A stretch of DNA of 64,000 nt, from contig NC_092679.1 in NCBI RefSeq assembly GCF_964355755.1, forward strand, positions 12,693,432-12,757,431, read 5' to 3'. Source of the DNA: Antedon mediterranea (lineage: Eukaryota; Animalia; Echinodermata). The translations under genes were made by a program, and so were the position numbers. Position 1 is the stretch's first letter. Each line of letters begins with the position of its first letter. This document shows positions 1 to 13,349 of this stretch, piece by piece. A model generated the notes under the pieces. The model was not told the origin of the DNA. It ran no database searches and worked only from the letters and a program-made list of their open reading frames with translations.

Positions 1-125
1 ACAACACCATATAGAGGTATAAGTATACGGCATTTACCATTCTCGTCAGATCACCGAAGTTAAGCAACATTGGGTCTGGTTAAAGCTTGAATGGGAGACC
101 ATCTGTTAATATCAAGTGCTGTATA
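1..125 (+). pseudogene. 5S rRNA-derived sequence (pseudogene or head of a SINE3-like element, possibly extending to ~420)
   Basis: TTCTCGTCAGATCACCGAAGTTAAGCAACATTGGGTCTGGTTAAAGCTTGAATGGGAGACC...GTGCTGTA matches the 5S internal control region (box A, IE, box C) with several substitutions. It is followed by ~300 bp of non-5S body and a T-rich tract. Confidence 0.65.
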
Positions 126-1099
126 TGGAGCTGGGGTCTCATTAGGTATTTGAAAACAGCACTGCTGACTCTGACAGCCCCTGCATCTAATATCTGCCTC
201 AGAAGTATTGGCCCATGCCCTTTCTCTGGTCAAGGTGAGCACTGGATGAGAGAAGCAAGCCCTTGATCAATGTTAGGACCAATCAAGTTGCTTTAAACAG
301 TCTGGCTTGGTTTCATCCATCATTCAGATGAATGTAAAAGTAATGGACATTGTTGTTGGCGACAGACGTCCCGCAAAATAGAGGTATCATAGCTCCAGCT
401 TAAGTGGAGTAGAATATTAGCTTTTTTTAATTTTTTATTGCCAATGCCCCAATAACTACTGCCAGGAGTAATTCAATACACGAAACCACGCTGAGAGTGT
501 TGGGAGAGTCACTATCGAATCACATTTAGACCATAATGCCCCAGTGGTCTAATGCTAGAATGTCTTCATATCAAGCAGGCGCTGCTGCGTTACAATCTTG
601 GTTGGGGGCGATTTTTTGTCAGTCTCACGGTTTATAACCGCAACCCGTCTTTAATTGGAACTGCTATATATCCAAGTTCATTCATTTAAGAATGTGTTGC
701 TAATGCAATCAGTAAACTGTGTTTTTTATCTTTCGAGAGCGTAGACAGCTAATTATTTAATTGAGCTCGCATAACTGCTCTTTTTATGTTGGTTTGGTAA
801 TTTCATAAGAAGTTCTATATGTGTCAATTATTTGAATTTAGATAAACAACTTAATAGCAATTTGGGTAACACTACCTCACGGGCGTTTGTTGCGTCGCAA
901 AGCATTATGGGTTTAAAGGAAGTACAAATATATTCTGAATATTCATGAACCATATCTACAGCTTGCTGCATGGTGTGTGTGTGTGTCCGTACGGTTTGTG
1001 TACATTACTTGTTTATATATAAACATACGTAGTACTGTAGTTGACTAAACTTCTTAATTGGAAAGTTTGGAGATGGAGAAATCAGTAATCTTGACATCA

Positions 1100-2640
1100 T
1101 CAACCAGATATGACATATCATGTAAAGACTTGGTTTTGTCTTGAAAACTTTTTTGAAGATTGTTCCCTTAGGCTGTGAAGCAGGCACATTGTATTGTGGC
1201 TCTTGCATGTGTGTGCACAAGTCATCAAGTGAATCACAGCCTTGTTCTGGTTGCACGTGTACTGACAAATTATGCTCATTATCTAGTGAAATGAATACAC
1301 TATCACGATAACTTGATGGTAAATTCTTCTAGTCCCAGCAAGTGTTTGCAAGGGTAATGATATATCTCCCATTGCTCACATGTGCATTTTGGAACTTGCA
1401 AATTGACCACATGAAACTGGTTGTACTGAGAGGAGCTATGAACAGAAACAATTCTAGTAAATCACCCGAGCTGAATTTAGCTTTGAGACAATGCTTAATA
1501 AAATTTGGCGGTCAGTCATGGAGGTATACAGGTACGGCTGTATTTCCTGTATGTATGGCTAAGCTGTACTTTTCTTTGCTGATAGTTTTTGTAACATTGA
1601 GGTATATAGGTCTCTAAAAGCATCACAGAAATTCCAAACACTGACTTATCTATCGATCAGGTTAGAATTCATATTTGAAGGCCTTGTTTTGGGCTTCTAC
1701 GCCATTGTTGGTGTTTAGTACTTGACGCTTGCGCATGAATCTCACCCATCAAAATGAACAAGAAAGCTAAATGTTGTCAACATAATTCTGAACATGATGT
1801 TTGTCCTTATAAATGACAAACATAGACTAACAACCGCACTATCTGCTTCAAATGTGTTAAGAACTCCTGCTCTAAAGAATTCAGCCCATTCTTGCCTTTC
1901 CTTGCCCAACGTTGCTATGCCTGCAATCTATGAAAGTCACAGATGTATGATATCACCCCTGGAAACTGTTCTTCTATGTCACCTATTTCCATCCATGAAA
2001 AATCTACCATAAAATATGTAGGTTGCCAAAGAGGATTCCATGTTTTAATAATGCCAATATCTTTGGTCTTCATGTTGAGTGAAGAACTCTGCAACAACCT
2101 TGTAATCGACATTTGTTTTAACACAAAGGAAGAACAACGGGATGGCATATTTGGTGATCTTGTATGTAGCATCCAAAAAGACAAGATCTCATACATTTGA
2201 AGGACGTTTTTGCCATGGCTCCTGGTGCACAAATTAAAACCTTTGCTCTGCACCTATTTTGTCACCTTCGTTGGTTTGTTCCTTATGCAGCCTATAAAAA
2301 AAGTGTGTCTCTTGTGATTTTGCTACCCAATCTTCTTTTGAAGTGCCTCTTGGTCATCCTTGCAATATTTCTGAGTGGCAATTGCTCTCCTGACATGGTT
2401 CCTGATGTCAATTTTTGTTGGATAATATCTAAGATTATTTGACTTTGGCCGTTAATCTGTAGGTGTTTCACGAAACAATTTATTGTCAACAAATTCTGAT
2501 ATCCTACGATTGATTTCATCTGTACTAAATACATCCCTACCAATGCTCATGAATTTTATTGAATATTCGTTTGTCAATACTTTGGTCCATTCCTGCAACC
2601 TCACCAACCAGATAATACTTGTGGATTGATCAATCAATCA
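1100..2640 (-). pseudogene. Degenerate Mutator/MULE transposase with C-terminal SWIM zinc finger
   Basis: Minus-strand translation across frameshifts gives LLDATYKITKYAIPLFFLCVKTNVDYKVVAEFF (~2180-2085), PTYFMVDFSWMEIGDIEEQFPGVISYICDFHRLQA (CxxH motif), LNTNNGVEAQNKAFKYEF (~1720-1665) and PKCTCEQWEIYHYPCKHLL (SWIM, ~1395-1338). Confidence 0.85.
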
Positions 2641-3092
2641 ATCAATAATTTTTATTTCTCAAATAAAAACAAAAAACAGTTAACATTTTCTAAAAATAAT
2701 AGATAATAAATGAGAAAAAGGGTGATGAAAGAGGTATGCGGATGATTACCAATGAAATTGGTAATATGAGCTTTTTCCAGGCCACTTCTACTCCTAGAGC
2801 CTGTCTAAAAAAGTAGGCTGGCTCAATAGGCTAGGGGTGGTGTATTTATAATTTTATAGATATCCTAGGCATATACAATTATTAATTAAAGACCTATATT
2901 ACTATAGGCCTAGTAAATACCAGCCGCAATTTAAATGACCTGTGGGGTCGGGCCGGCCCTCCCTCTATACTGTCACTGTACCTTGCCTATTATAGACCTA
3001 GAGCTAGCAATCATGGGATGAATTCAAAAGAAAATAAACCTGTTTTGATATATCGCTTGTTTCCCATCTGGTGGTGTTCTTTTAGAACAAAA

Positions 3093-3548
3093 GTGGTGAG
3101 CAATTCTTGAATTTTGGCCAAAAAGATCTTAGAGGGAAGCGGTGAGCAACTCTTGAATTTCAGCCAAAAAGATTGTAGATGGAAGCGGTGAGCAACTCTT
3201 GAATTTCGGCAAAAAGGATCGCAGAGAAAAGCGGTGAGCAACTCTTGAATTTCGGCCAAATGAATCTTAGAGGGAAGCAGTGAGCAACTCTTGAATTTTG
3301 GCCAATAGGATCATAGAGGAAAGGGTAGAGCAAATATTGAATTTTGGCCAATAAGATCGCAGAGGCAAGTGGTGAACAACTCTTGAATTTCAGACAAATG
3401 AATCATAGAGGAAAGCGGTGAGCAAATCTTGAATTTTGTGCCAATAGGATCACAGAGGCAAGTGGTGAACAACTCTTGAATTTCAGCCAAACGGATTGTA
3501 GAGGAAAGCGGTGAACAACTCTTGAATTTCGGGTAAAACGATCACAGA
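3093..3548. repeat. 46-bp minisatellite, about 10 copies
   Basis: GGTGAGCAACTCTTGAATTT core recurs at 3141, 3187, 3233, 3279 and onward with a 46-bp period. The rest of each unit is also homologous between copies. Confidence 0.95.
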
Positions 3549-3839
3549 TCACATTTGTGATTCTGCGCTACCCTCAGCTAATTTCAAAGGAAAATATAGC
3601 TTGTCTTGGTCCTCAAACGCAAACATTGACGAGGTGGATGGACTGTGGGCATTGTCGACTGGCTGGATTATCATTTATCTTTAGGCCGGGCACCCCAAAG
3701 AACAGTATTATCATAGTGATGGCTGATTCGGAAGTCAGCCAAAGGCCGATGTGGTCCAAGTATGGAGCCGGAGGAATTGCCCATGATGGAATGCGAGGCT
3801 GTCGCTCAAACCAGAAAACGAATGAGTGGCCTACGACAC

Positions 3840-4215
3840 TATGGGGCGCCATAAGCAGCAAAAGTGTGTAGCTGAAAAATGTATGTGTACATTTAAAATG
3901 TGTGTGTGTGTAATTGCAAAATGTATTTGTAAATCTAAAAATGTGTGTGTATTTGTAAAATGCATGTTTGTAATTGTAAAACGTAGTTGTACATTTGTAA
4001 AATGTAGTTGTACACTTTTAAAATGTAGTTGTACACTTTTAAAATGTAGTTGTACACTTTTAAAATGTAGTTGTACACTTTTAAAATGTAGTTGTAACAA
4101 GGAATGTATACTTGTAACGCTTGGTTAGAGATCTCTAATCAAGCGTGAAGACCATACCATTTCTCGAGAAGGGGTATACCATGGAAAATGGCTATCTGAC
4201 CGGCGGCCGGCCGCC
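3840..4215 (+). repeat. Left TIR with 21-bp tandem subrepeats and a 30-bp palindrome (4117-4146)
   Basis: Reverse complement of 15490-15820, near-identical to ~4167 and imperfect to ~4215. It has AAAATGTAGTTGTACACTTTT units, two more than the right TIR. Confidence 0.95.
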
Positions 4216-5073
4216 GATGGTATATTTATTTCCTTTTTATCGTTATAGCATTGGCGTTTTGGGAGTTTTGAATTTTGATTATATTGAAAAGCGACGGCGA
4301 AACACTGTTGTCGGTCGTCTACTAAATTATATAATAACTAGGCCTAGGCCTACCTAGGCCGGACTATACTAAATCACTAAGGGTGGTAGGTATGTATAAC
4401 AATACAATATTTAGGCTAGACCTCGCGCCTATAAATAAAGACCCAATTCCGTTATTAAAAGAAAAGAATGAAACAGCTAGCCTACTAGTAACGGGAGTAA
4501 CTACTACCTACTAGCCTAGCTAGGCTATACTAGGCCTAGAGGCCTAGCCTGTGTAGTATAGTAGAAGTAGGGCCCGGGCCTAAACCTAGGCTAGGCTAGC
4601 TAGGCCTAAGCCTACTAGCCAGTAGGCCTAAAGCCCTGGGCCTAAATAGGGCTAGGCCTAGGCCTATATAGGCTAGCTCTCAATCAAGGAGCCTACTAAA
4701 CTAACCAAACAAAGACCTCTATAGGCTTATGCCCACTAACTACTAAGCTAGCTAGGCTAGGCCTACCTCTTGCCTACCTAGCAGACCTATAGGCTAGGTC
4801 TTTACTAGCTAGGCATAGTTAGCTATAGTAGGCAGGCCTAGACTACTAGGCCCTAGTCCTTCTACTACTAGCCTTCTAGGCCTATAGGCCCTAGTAGGCT
4901 AGTACTAGCCTATAATAAATATAGCCTCCCTGGAGACCATAGACTCGGGCCTAGTAGTAGTACTAGTAGGCCTACTAAAGGCCCTAGGCTAGCTAGCTAA
5001 TAATAATTCGTATTTCAAATCAAATTTTAAGAATTAATTTGTACATATTTTTATTTCAGAACAGGCATTTACC

Positions 5074-6735
5074 ATGGATTTGCTGCAAATTATCAGAGAA
5101 TTACCAGGAACTTTATGCCAGGCGCAAAGAGGTCTTATATCTGACAATATTAATGTGCTTGAAAACTGGCACCTTAGGATTGAGAATTTAAACATTTTAT
5201 TTAATATTGTTTTAAGAAGGTTACAAGAGAGTGATGATGTTCCTCTAGATACCATTGAACAATTTGTTATACTTTCTACTGAATTAAATTCTATTTTTGC
5301 CTCATATGATGAAAGAATAAACGGAAATCATGATCATCATAGGTAGTTTGCATCGCATCAAACTGAACAAACATCTAATGGGCGACCAAGGATTATAGTT
5401 AATAAAGAGAATATCGAACTATTTGAAATATTTCATAGTTGGAAAATTGTTGCACATCAATTAGCGATTTCTGTTGATACACTTCGAAGAAGAAGAAGAT
5501 TATATGGTTTGCCCGTTTCCCAGCCTAACTCTACTAGAAACTACTATTCAAATATTTCAAGAGATCAGCTTTTAAATGAAGAATATTGATTTTATTGCCT
5601 GATGCTGGAGAAACATTAATTATTGGTGGATTAAGAAGAAGGCATACATGTTCAGAGAAGTCTAATTCGGGATGCTATAATGGAGGTTGACCCAATCAAT
5701 AGATCATTAAGGCGAATTAGATCTGTTATAAGAAGAGTTTACAATGTTGCAAGTCCAAATAGTTTATGGTAAGGATTACAGTATACGGTAGATGTTTTTA
5801 CTAACAATAATAAATACAGTATATTTAGCAGATTTAAAAAAAAGTATGAACTTTTTTTAAGATGTGAATAATAAGTTGCCCATAATACTTATTTGCATGA
5901 ATTATTGTTGAAGTACATATAATTGATAAGAAAATATACACATGTAACATTAACAATGTACGTCAGTACAAACAGTTTATTATGCATGATTCAAGAGAGT
6001 AGCCAATTTGTTTTGTTTTACTGTACAGGCACATCGATGGCCATCATAAGTTAATTTGCTGGAACTTTGTCATATTAGGAGGCATTGATGGATATTCACG
6101 CAAGATTGTTTATCTTAGATGTTGCACAAATAACAAAGCTGAGAGTGTTCTTCAGCTATTTCAAGAAGCTGTTGGACAGCATGGTTTACCATCACGAGTC
6201 AGATCTGATAAAGGAGGCGAGAATGTATTGGTGGCTCGCTTTATGTTAAGCAATAGAGGCTTAAATCGTGGCAGCCATATAACAGGTTCATCAGTTCACA
6301 ATCAAAGAATTGAAAGGCTGTGGCTGGATGTCAAACAAACTGTTGTTAAACAATTTCAAGGTATATTTAACTACATGGAAAAGTCTCATTAATGATTCAT
6401 TAAGAGAGATGGAAGGCAATTGGAATGACCATCCCATGAGTAGCGAACATAATCTTTCACCGAATCAACTTTGGCATATGGGATTAAATGCTTATGCATT
6501 TACCAATCCTGAAGAATATCAAGATCTAATTCACAATGGAATTGATGAAGATGGGCCACAAGCTGTTGATGACAACAATAATGAACAGATTGTTGTTCCA
6601 TATATACAATTGCCATTAACCAACAACCAAGAACAATTTATTAAATCATATGCACTAGGTGCTAATAAAGCAGATGTTGACCAGTGTATAGACATTTATG
6701 TCAATTTAGTTCATATAGTGGAAGGCATGATGTAA
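5074..6735 (+). pseudogene. IS3/integrase-core DDE transposase of the IS3EU-like element, two coding exons (5074-5768, 6029-6735), disrupted
   Basis: HTH-like GRPRIIVNKE...SWKIVAHQLAISVDTLRRRRR, then RRVYNVASPNSLW, a GT-AG intron (5769-6028), [11 protein letters not shown]...GIDGYSR...[14 protein letters not shown]...[11 protein letters not shown] and WNDHPMSSEHNLSPNQLW. Catalytic D/D/E codons are at 6036, 6207 and 6312. There is an in-frame TAG at 5344 and frameshifts near 5585, 5640 and 6385. Confidence 0.9.
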
Positions 6736-8129
6736 ACCCCTAAACAACCATTTAGTAACTATCTCTGATCAGTGATAGTAAACAACCCTAGAAATTAACA
6801 AACATTGATTCTAATGAGACTTTTCACCGGTTTCCGTAGGACCACTAGAGTCTGGTTTTCTTTTTTGAAAAAATATAATACTACTGTAGCACAAATACAA
6901 CTTTGTGCAATGGGTAATTTAAATTTACTTTCTATGGACGAGAGAGTTAGTTTTTCTAATATTTATTATAATAATTGTCTCTGTGTATGGCAAGATATTC
7001 CAAAAAAACATTCTTTATTATTTTCAACATATTTGCAACAGCTCTCCAATGTTATATTACCGGTAAGCAGCTTTTTTCTGTACACATGAAACATTTTAAC
7101 TGTAAATAAATTTTTTGTTGTTGCTTTAATCTATTGTTTAGTTTTATTTTATATTATAATTTATATTGTTTGAGGTGTAGCATACGATTGGATAGTGCTT
7201 TGCACTCATAACAATCCTCAGGTGTTTATTTAAATAAATACAGTAACATGATTTTTAACAGTTTTTTGGTGTAAAAACTCAAATTTTTATGATAGCTATA
7301 TTAATAACGTACAGTAAACACAGAGCCTTCAAACAAAAGGTAGAGCTGAGCTCATCTAAACTCAATTGTACTGTGGCTAGAAACTTATCCATAAATAAAT
7401 TTATATTAACAAAATTTGAATGACATGATTTTTTTTTTAGTAAAAACTATTATTTGTTGTGAATGTTACAGATTTCCCAATGCAAAACAAATACAGAGCT
7501 GATCCAAGCTATTTAAAATCGATTGTATTTTGGCTAGATTTGCAACATGCAATTTTAACAGGCAGGGGTGGTTGCAGAGGACTATTTTAAGGGTGTTGGC
7601 CAAGAAGAGTCCAGCCGCAAAACCACATATTTGGCCCAAAGAGGAGCGATGCAAATTTTTTTTAATTACACCACTAGATGGCCGGAAATTAATTAATTAA
7701 ATTTAATTAGCAATTATAATGAGTACAAATTATTTATTATCAAATCATAATTTTAAAAAGCTAAACAAAAAATAAGAGGCTGCTGCTATAAATATTTTGA
7801 GCAAAAGGTTTAATTGTATTATTTTGAAATAAATGCTAAATAAGTCAGTAAAACCACAATTAGCAAAATTTATTTTCATTTATCCACTATAAACTGTATA
7901 AACAGTGTTGCCTAAACAACACTCCAGAAAAAAATATTGAAATTTGCAGAAAGAAGGAATTGCCCAGGCAACACCCCCGCGTCTGCCCCTATTACCCACA
8001 AATTGATTTTTATTGCTTCTAAACAAATTTTCAGTATAGATGTAAAAAAAACTAGAAATTAATTTAACTTTGACGAATTATTGTTGGATCATTTTTATAA
8101 TTTTATGGACATTAATATTTTTTAAACAT

Positions 8130-9310
8130 GCACGTATGCGAACATACGATCGGAAAATGTTGATGTATGCCTTCCTATTATACGCTTATAGTGCTGAGTT
8201 GTGTATATTATATGCCATATACATTAAGTACAGTATATACTGTATATCTATATACCGTGTAGCATTGGTGAAATTACGGACACACATCATGTTCTAATTT
8301 TTTGGCATTGATAACATTATCAAAATAAACTTGTGGATAACAATATCGAAAGATAATGAATTGAGCAATAAAATATAACAATTGGAAGAAAATTTGGCAC
8401 GTAGAAGCGTGGTGCGCGCTCTTTAAAATTTGTATAACTTTGACGAAAGAGATGAAAAAACTACTTTTTAACTTCAACTGGCCATATGATAACGTTACAA
8501 CATCCGATAGACCTAATTTTTAAATAAATTCATATCTACATTTTACAAGCTCTCATAATAAGTTATAAAAATCAAGGTCAACTTTATTTCAGAAGAGCTG
8601 CAAGGTATTCAAATATCCGTTGTAGGTGAAATTACGTAATCAGCGTTATTTACATTTTTAGACATGATGAAATCATCTAAATGGAAATGTTGGCAACTCA
8701 TGAGTAACATAATTGGTTGAGGTAGAATATATTAAAAATTAAAAGAAAATCGATCACAGATAAGCGAGATGCCCTCTGTTCAATATGATTGTCTAAGATG
8801 AAACGAAAAAAATCCAATTTTTTTATTTATGTGGCCAAATGATGACATAATTTTGTACGTCTAATATGTACATGATGCATTCATAACTCCTCCAACTCAT
8901 TGGCTTCCATAATCAGTTAAAAAAAATGGAGGTAAGCGTCCATTCTGAAGAGTTATATTTATATATTATAAGACCTTATTTTTTACCGTTTTTGACACTT
9001 TTGTGCAATTAATGTGCGCATTTTGTCATTTTTTAACCTGCTCGTATAGCGTTATTTAAAGTCGGAATAGACTCAAATTTGGTGAATGTAATTTTGAGCT
9101 TTTTAAATTTTTAACGCGCGATTTCACTATTAATTTTTATTTTATTTGCTATTCTTTTTACCCTTGACATGCAGTTTATGTATAGTGAATTTTATTGACA
9201 TGTGATTACAAGTAATATTGAGATATGATCGATAATGTGATTTCACAAAATTGCGTATAAATTACGTCACAGATGAGTGAACTTTTTGAGATAATTGTTA
9301 CACAAAATAG
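8130..9310 (-). repeat. Partial, diverged copy of the long Helentron-like repeat family (see 12021-13242 and 29830-31402)
   Basis: Reverse-complement similarity to motifs such as TAATTTCACCTATTCTACAC, ATATGGCCAGTTGAA, CGCGCGTTTAAAATTT and ATCATGCATTGATATGG. Confidence 0.6.
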
Positions 9311-9495
9311 TGTAAAGGTAAAGTAAAGGCGAGTCCCGTGTTCTCTGAACGTAGGGGAATGAGCTGTTAGGAGCTCATTGTACTAAGCCTCGGCATTATG
9401 TGGTAGGGTGGCCAGTTCCTTTCCACGCCGCCTTTTTTCTCGCTAGTATTTTCAACCAGGTACTCATTTTACAGCTGAGTGAACTGGGAGTTGTC
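9311..9495 (-). mobile_element. SINE fragment with a (TTTACC)n-like tail
   Basis: The minus strand reads CCAGTTCACTCAGCTGTAAAATGAGTACCTG (a conserved central SINE-domain-like motif) and ends in CCTTTACTTTACCTTTAC. Confidence 0.55.
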
Positions 9496-11909
9496 GGGCA
9501 TTGAAAAAATTGACCTTTGTGACATTGTTTTTGCAGCGGTATACTTTCAATAAGTTCAAACAAACAACAAAATAAGACAGACTCAAAAATACTTTTAATG
9601 CAGTGTTTAGTTGTTTCAAATACAATCACAAACTTTAAAAAGTATGCAAAACTCCATGAAGGTGCCATACTATAAATACGTTATAAAATCAGTTTTTAAT
9701 CTAATAACAACAAGAAGCGTGTTAAGTAAAATTTCTGTGGAATTATTTAACATACCCATAAGTGCAAAGAAATAGCTTATTATAGAGGCTGTTCTTTTAT
9801 TCTAAACCAAATTTTTTTTTTAAATAGAAATGAATCCTTTGGTTATAAGTAACCCAAACATTACCAAAGTATAGTTTATATGAATTTCAAGTATAAAAGT
9901 ACAAGAAAAAAAAAATGTGGTACATGGTATTAAATGAATGAAAGTAACAAGCATTGAAGATATTTAACATGAAATTATCTTTATACATTTAAGATGTAGT
10001 AGAAAATCAATTTCTATACATACAAATCAAGTATTGAAGTCTGACATAAATGAGCAATTCATAATATTATTTTTAGGGAAAAACACTCTCAATATTATAT
10101 AATTATTTAAATGTGATTTAAAAATAAAACCCTCCATCATTAAAACATTCATGTAACTATGTTAAAACTGGTGTTCAAAATATAACTACCACTGTATGTG
10201 ATAAAAATAACTTTATGATTGTGTTTCCCAACAATAATATTAAACAAAAATTGCAAAATATTTTTTTTTAAATTGGAATTAAGACTTTGAATTAAGCTTG
10301 ATTAAAACAATAAAAACATATTAACAATAACAAAACTGAATGTCATTATTGTATTAAACATGTTAGCACTTAATTACTAACATTTTAAAGCTATCATTGC
10401 AACAATAAAAACTAAATTGTCTAAAGTCTGAATGCTCAAGCATTCAAAGAAACATAACAATTGAATAAGATCAGCTATCAACAACATTTTTGGTTTGAGA
10501 AAAGAACCGTGTAAAGCTGGTACAAAATTTTAGCATACATGTTAATTCTTGGCATGACATCTCATTAATTGCTTCCCGTAACCACTCTTTCTCTTTATGA
10601 ACATTCTCCAGAGTATCCCACTCTACTATGTCTACCATCAACTCGGGTGTCATATCCACATGTTTCATTAGGAAAATAGAACACATTTCATTGCATCTTT
10701 CAATGAATGGCCTAAGTTCTGTATACTGAAGGCCATCTCTTATGCTTCAGTATCACTTTCTTTTGCATCAGATGTAGGACTAAGAGGTAATAAATAGTCA
10801 CTAATGTTACTGTTAGTTGTACTAACAATATCTCGGGAAGGCAACAAGTACACCCTCTTGTTTCCATATAAACGATGCAAAAGCTGTGCATTCCTTTCTT
10901 GATCATCAGTTAAACGTAGTTTAGTTAATCGTGAACCCATTCCAATCATAAACTCAAACCTAGAAGATATAATTTATAAAATGTAGATGACAAAATGTTA
11001 TGTTATTTACTGAAGGGAGGTGAAAGCTGTACACAAGGCATTCTTTTTTTTCTGACTTAAAACGCTCAGCACCTAAATATCAAGGTACAGTTCATTTATT
11101 ATTATAGTTATTTATTAAAAACATTCAGAATATGTACTGGTGTGTATATTGTAATGACCAATCAAAAATTATTCTGATCTTAACTGTACATCATATCATT
11201 GCACACAGGTTAACAAACTTCTTATGTTGGTACTATCACATTATATTGAAAGCTCAAAGTTAAGATTTTGCAAGGCATTTTGTTTAATCTTTTGAAGATG
11301 AAAAGGAAGCTGGAATATTGTTTCTATGAATCAGTCATGCTTGTAACCAATCAGAATCCCACTTTCGCTGAGCAAAAACTTATTCAAAATATTTTTTTGC
11401 AAATCAAACATTGCTTGTAAACTAAATTTAACATTTTAGTTTTCACTACAGTTACAGTACTTTATTTTAAATTTAAATAAATCAAAAGAACTTACTTATT
11501 TGGATCACTTTCAATTTCCAATATATCTGAAAACATATTTTCCAATTTTTTGTAAACTTCTTTTGCTGTCATGCATTGTTCTAGTTCAACATGATGATAA
11601 ACATGACCTGTAGTGTTAAAAGTAAATTTCATGATACATAATCAGTAAATATGATTTCTCATGTAGACAAAAACAAAAATAGGCCATGTTGAACCTTGAA
11701 AATGTTTATCAACTTTCAAAAGATTGAAAAAAAAATTCAATTTATTTTTTACTCAAGACACTGTTCTATACTTTTTATATATTTATTCATGAATTGAGGA
11801 ATTTTGTTTAAAAAAGTTCATTACCTAAATGTTTAGACTATAAATACATTTTTTTAAGTGAATGTGCCAAAAAAGTTTCTGAAACAAAAATTGGTAAGAA
11901 ACAATATTT

Positions 11910-12019
11910 TTAGTTGCGTGTACGCGACTCTATAGTTCACTATGTCGGTCGGTCGGTCTGTCTGTTGGTCCGGTATCACTATGCGTTTTAGCACGCGACT
12001 TATGGCTGTTGGCCTTGTT
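11910..12019 (+). mobile_element. Short non-autonomous Helentron/DINE-1-like element
   Basis: TAGTTGCGTGTACGCGACT 5' subTIR/hairpin, (GTCG/GTCT)n microsatellite, CACGCGACT 3' subTIR, and a GGCCTTGTT end in T-rich context. Confidence 0.7.
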
Positions 12020-12020
12020 G

Positions 12021-12061
12021 GTTATCCGCTCTTGGCGGATAACCTCTTGTTATTGTCAGGA

Positions 12062-12092
<31 letters not shown>

Positions 12093-13242
12093 CTATGTTA
12101 TTCTTCTTTTTTTCCCAAAATTTTGTGTCACGTGTATCTCAAATTCTGATCAACATTACATCGTATAACTTTGTCAGAAGATTTACCTCTATGTGTAGAA
12201 GTGCAGGACAGCTCGTTTTTTTACTTTAGAGTCGCGCAGCGTAAGCTACGCACGATTTTATGAATTTCGCGTATTTAACATAGACTAAAAAGCAAAAGTC
12301 ATTTTGTAATGACACTTGGTGAACATTTAAGTCATATCAAGGGCAAACTTTCTATGGATTAAAAATGGCATGTTTGACATAAAGTTACACGCGCACGCGC
12401 GTTTAAAATTTCAAATTGCGAAAAATTCATTTCTAATCAACTTTCTACGCGTTTCAGGTCATTTTGAGCATTTCAAAAATTCCCACGCGTGCGCATATTT
12501 TTTACGCGCGCGTGCGCACGTAGCGCAAAAACATCTTTTTTTTGCTTGATTTTTGTTTTTTCAGCCTTTTCTAGTACATTTACCAATTTTCAATCAATTT
12601 CGACTTAAAATCACGTCATACGAGCACGTAGAATTGAACAATTTGCGCGCGTTTTTGATGAAAAAGTTCAAAAATTTGTGAAAATTATGCCTTTTTTTAA
12701 AAAGTCATAGATTCTAAACTCCGAGGTGAAAATATTTAAAATTTCAGATTCTGGAAGTAGATGAGTTGTTTTTCTCGAATCATGCATTGATATGGCTAAC
12801 CAGACATTGTGACGTCATCGTATGGCCACCCGAATATAAAATATAGGATTTTTTTCTCTTTCGTCATAGCTCGTCAATTTAATAGAGCGCATCTCTACTT
12901 ATCCTTATTCCATTTCACTCAATTTTTTTATATTGTCTAGATCAATCAATTACCTTTCGCATGATCCACCATTTTAAAAATTGTGATGACGTCATCATGT
13001 TCAAATGCGTCAATAACTTTGGTCACTTATTTTCACCTATTCTGCACTGTATGTAGTACGTATACAGTATATAGTGTTATACCGTATATACTTAGACGCG
13101 ACGCAACATAGAGAGCGCACTAACGTTTTTCAATGCCATAATCGTTTTATTTTTTTGCGCGCACTATTCTAACGTATGACGTGCACGTGGCTTTTGCACT
13201 GCGGATAACCTAACTCGTCCGTAGTGACGAGTTCAAATCTAG
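12021..13242 (+). mobile_element. Non-autonomous Helentron-like element (~1.2 kb) in an intron of the HECT-like gene
   Basis: 5' GTTATCCGC..GCGGATAAC hairpin, 3' subTIR GCGGATAAC, stem-loop AACTCGTC-n6-GACGAGTT and terminal CTAG+T. A homologous copy lies at 29830-31402. Confidence 0.8.
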
Positions 13243-13349
13243 TTTTTATTAGTATTGAATAAAAAAACTGAAATACATAGTAGATTAGGATAATAATCAT
13301 AATAAATAACTAACCTTTTTCATCTAGTTTTCCATAGTAATTTGCCCTG

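Noticed and set aside
1-125. Functional 5S rRNA gene
   Set aside because: The 5' part is diverged or has an insertion, there is no oligo-T terminator right after it, and there is no tandem array.
3093-3548. Regularly spaced repeat resembling a CRISPR array
   Set aside because: The 'spacers' are homologous to each other, there are no cas genes and the context is eukaryotic. It is a minisatellite.
3826-4128. Cys-rich ORF (KCSCTLL)n resembling a metallothionein, mirrored at 15574..15840
   Set aside because: It is the translation of the 21-bp TIR subrepeats and spans the element boundary, so it is not a gene.
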